64,000 nucleotides of DNA from NCBI GenBank assembly GCA_963740085.1, contig CAVUCU010000004.1:32001-96000 (forward strand), written 5' to 3'. Each line of letters starts with the position of its first letter. Position 1 is the first letter of the stretch. Below are positions 62,887 to 64,000 of the stretch, in pieces. The notes beneath the pieces are model-generated. The model searched no databases, was not told the origin of the DNA, and was given only the letters and a program-made list of their open reading frames with translations. Origin of the DNA: Nitrospirota bacterium. Its GTDB lineage: Bacteria; Nitrospirota; UBA9217. A program made the translations under genes and the position numbers.

Positions 62887-64000
62887 ATGATGAAAAGATG
62901 GTTAAAAATAATCCTTAAAACGGTCGCGAAGGCCTCCTTGTTCGCCTGGGAACAGTTCAAGAGATTCTGGTTCACCGTCGCGGCGCCGTGGCTCAAGGGC
63001 CTCACCCCCGGGAAGGTATTGAAGCTGCTGGGGCTCGCTTTCGTGGCGGGCATTCTCTTTGTTGTATTCCTGTTCTTCATTTATTCGTTCGGCCTGCCGA
63101 CCATGGAGTCGCTCAAGGACTACAAACCGAGCCCGGGCACGATGATCCTTGCCGACGACGGTCGCGTACTGGGTCAGATCAAGATCGAGAAAGGCATCTA
63201 CGTGCCTTTCAAGCGCATCCCGAAGTACATGGTGAACGCGCTTCTGGCGACCGAAGACCCGCGCTTCTACCAGCACACGGGCATCGATTACCGGGGGATA
63301 CTGAGGGCGGCGCTCAAGAACATTGTCGAGGTCCGCGTGGCGCAGGGCGGCAGCACCATCACACAGCAGCTCACCAAGGTGGTGTTCCTCTCGCCGGAGC
63401 GGAAGATCAAGCGCAAGATCAAGGAGATCATCCTGGCGCGCAGGCTCGAGAAAGAGCTGACGAAGGACGAGATCCTCGAGCTGTATTTGAACAAGGTCTA
63501 CTTTGGCCACGGCGCCTACGGCGTGCAGATGGCGTCCAGGACCTATTTCGGCAAGAATATCTGGGAGGTCAACCAGGCGGAGGCGGCGCTCCTTGCGGGG
63601 CTCCCCAAGTCGCCCTCGGCCTATTCGCCCTATAGCGACATCGACCTGACCAAACTCCGGCAATCGCATGTGCTCAAGCGAATGGTTGCGGAGGGGTATC
63701 TTACCGAGGAACAGAGCAAAAAGATCTATGACCAGCCTCTCAACCTCGAGAATCTGCGGTCACAGGAAGACATAGCTCCCTTCGTCGTCGATTATGTCCG
63801 GAAATACATCGAGAAGAAATACGGGCCTGACAAGCTTTACGAGGGAGGGCTCAAGGTCACTACCTCCATTGACATGGACCTTCAGCGCACCGCGGGCATC
63901 GCCCTCAAAGAGGGGCTCCGCGCGCTCGACAAGAGGCAGGGTTTCCGCGGGCGCATCGGGTTCAAGCAACTCAAGTCCACGCCGATCGATTGGGGTTCAC
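62887..64000 (+). CDS. Class A penicillin-binding protein 1A (3'-truncated by window)
   Basis: TM anchor; transglycosylase motifs EDPRFYQHTGID, QGGSTITQQL, RKIKE, LELYLN; not in ORF track because no stop in window. Confidence 0.93.
   Translation, partial: MMKRWLKIILKTVAKASLFAWEQFKRFWFTVAAPWLKGLTPGKVLKLLGLAFVAGILFVVFLFFIYSFGLPTMESLKDYKPSPGTMILADDGRVLGQIKIEKGIYVPFKRIPKYMVNALLATEDPRFYQHTGIDYRGILRAALKNIVEVRVAQGGSTITQQLTKVVFLSPERKIKRKIKEIILARRLEKELTKDEILELYLNKVYFGHGAYGVQMASRTYFGKNIWEVNQAEAALLAGLPKSPSAYSPYSDIDLTKLRQSHVLKRMVAEGYLTEEQSKKIYDQPLNLENLRSQEDIAPFVVDYVRKYIEKKYGPDKLYEGGLKVTTSIDMDLQRTAGIALKEGLRALDKRQGFRGRIGFKQLKSTPIDWGS

Overview
Bacterial chromosome segment, mostly housekeeping. Gene order and protein style suggest an anaerobic Nitrospirota/Desulfobacterota-like organism (inference). 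Core blocks: alaS(3' part)-phasin-mltG; opp/dpp permeases; seven tRNAs followed by tig-clpP-clpX-engB; minus-strand dprA-smg-topA-xerC-hslV-hslU-argB; Rrf2/iscR-iscS-iscU-tusA; yhaM-ftsY-zapA-6S RNA-rarA-rny-ymdB-xseA-(HEAT + HD-GYP)-xseB-ispA-dxs-tlyA; hemerythrin, a large hybrid kinase and the start of PBP1A. An accessory block (about 11.8-21.2 kb) starts with a duplicated engB 3' half and encodes an extracellular electron transfer cluster (OmcA/MtrC-like cytochrome, porin, two lipoprotein multiheme cytochromes). Most unusual: (1) about 17 intergenic hairpins built from degenerate 7-nt repeats, plus one such pair enclosing a four-helix-bundle (IVP/Avd-like) gene; (2) two tRNA-Arg genes each followed by the same structured module and a copy of their own 3' end; (3) a HEAT/HD-GYP gene pair sharing an unnamed N-terminal domain; (4) an actinobacterial-style TopA in the native locus; (5) several apparently leaderless genes. 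Clustered 1-bp frameshifts look like long-read consensus errors. All calls are by eye; no database searches were run.
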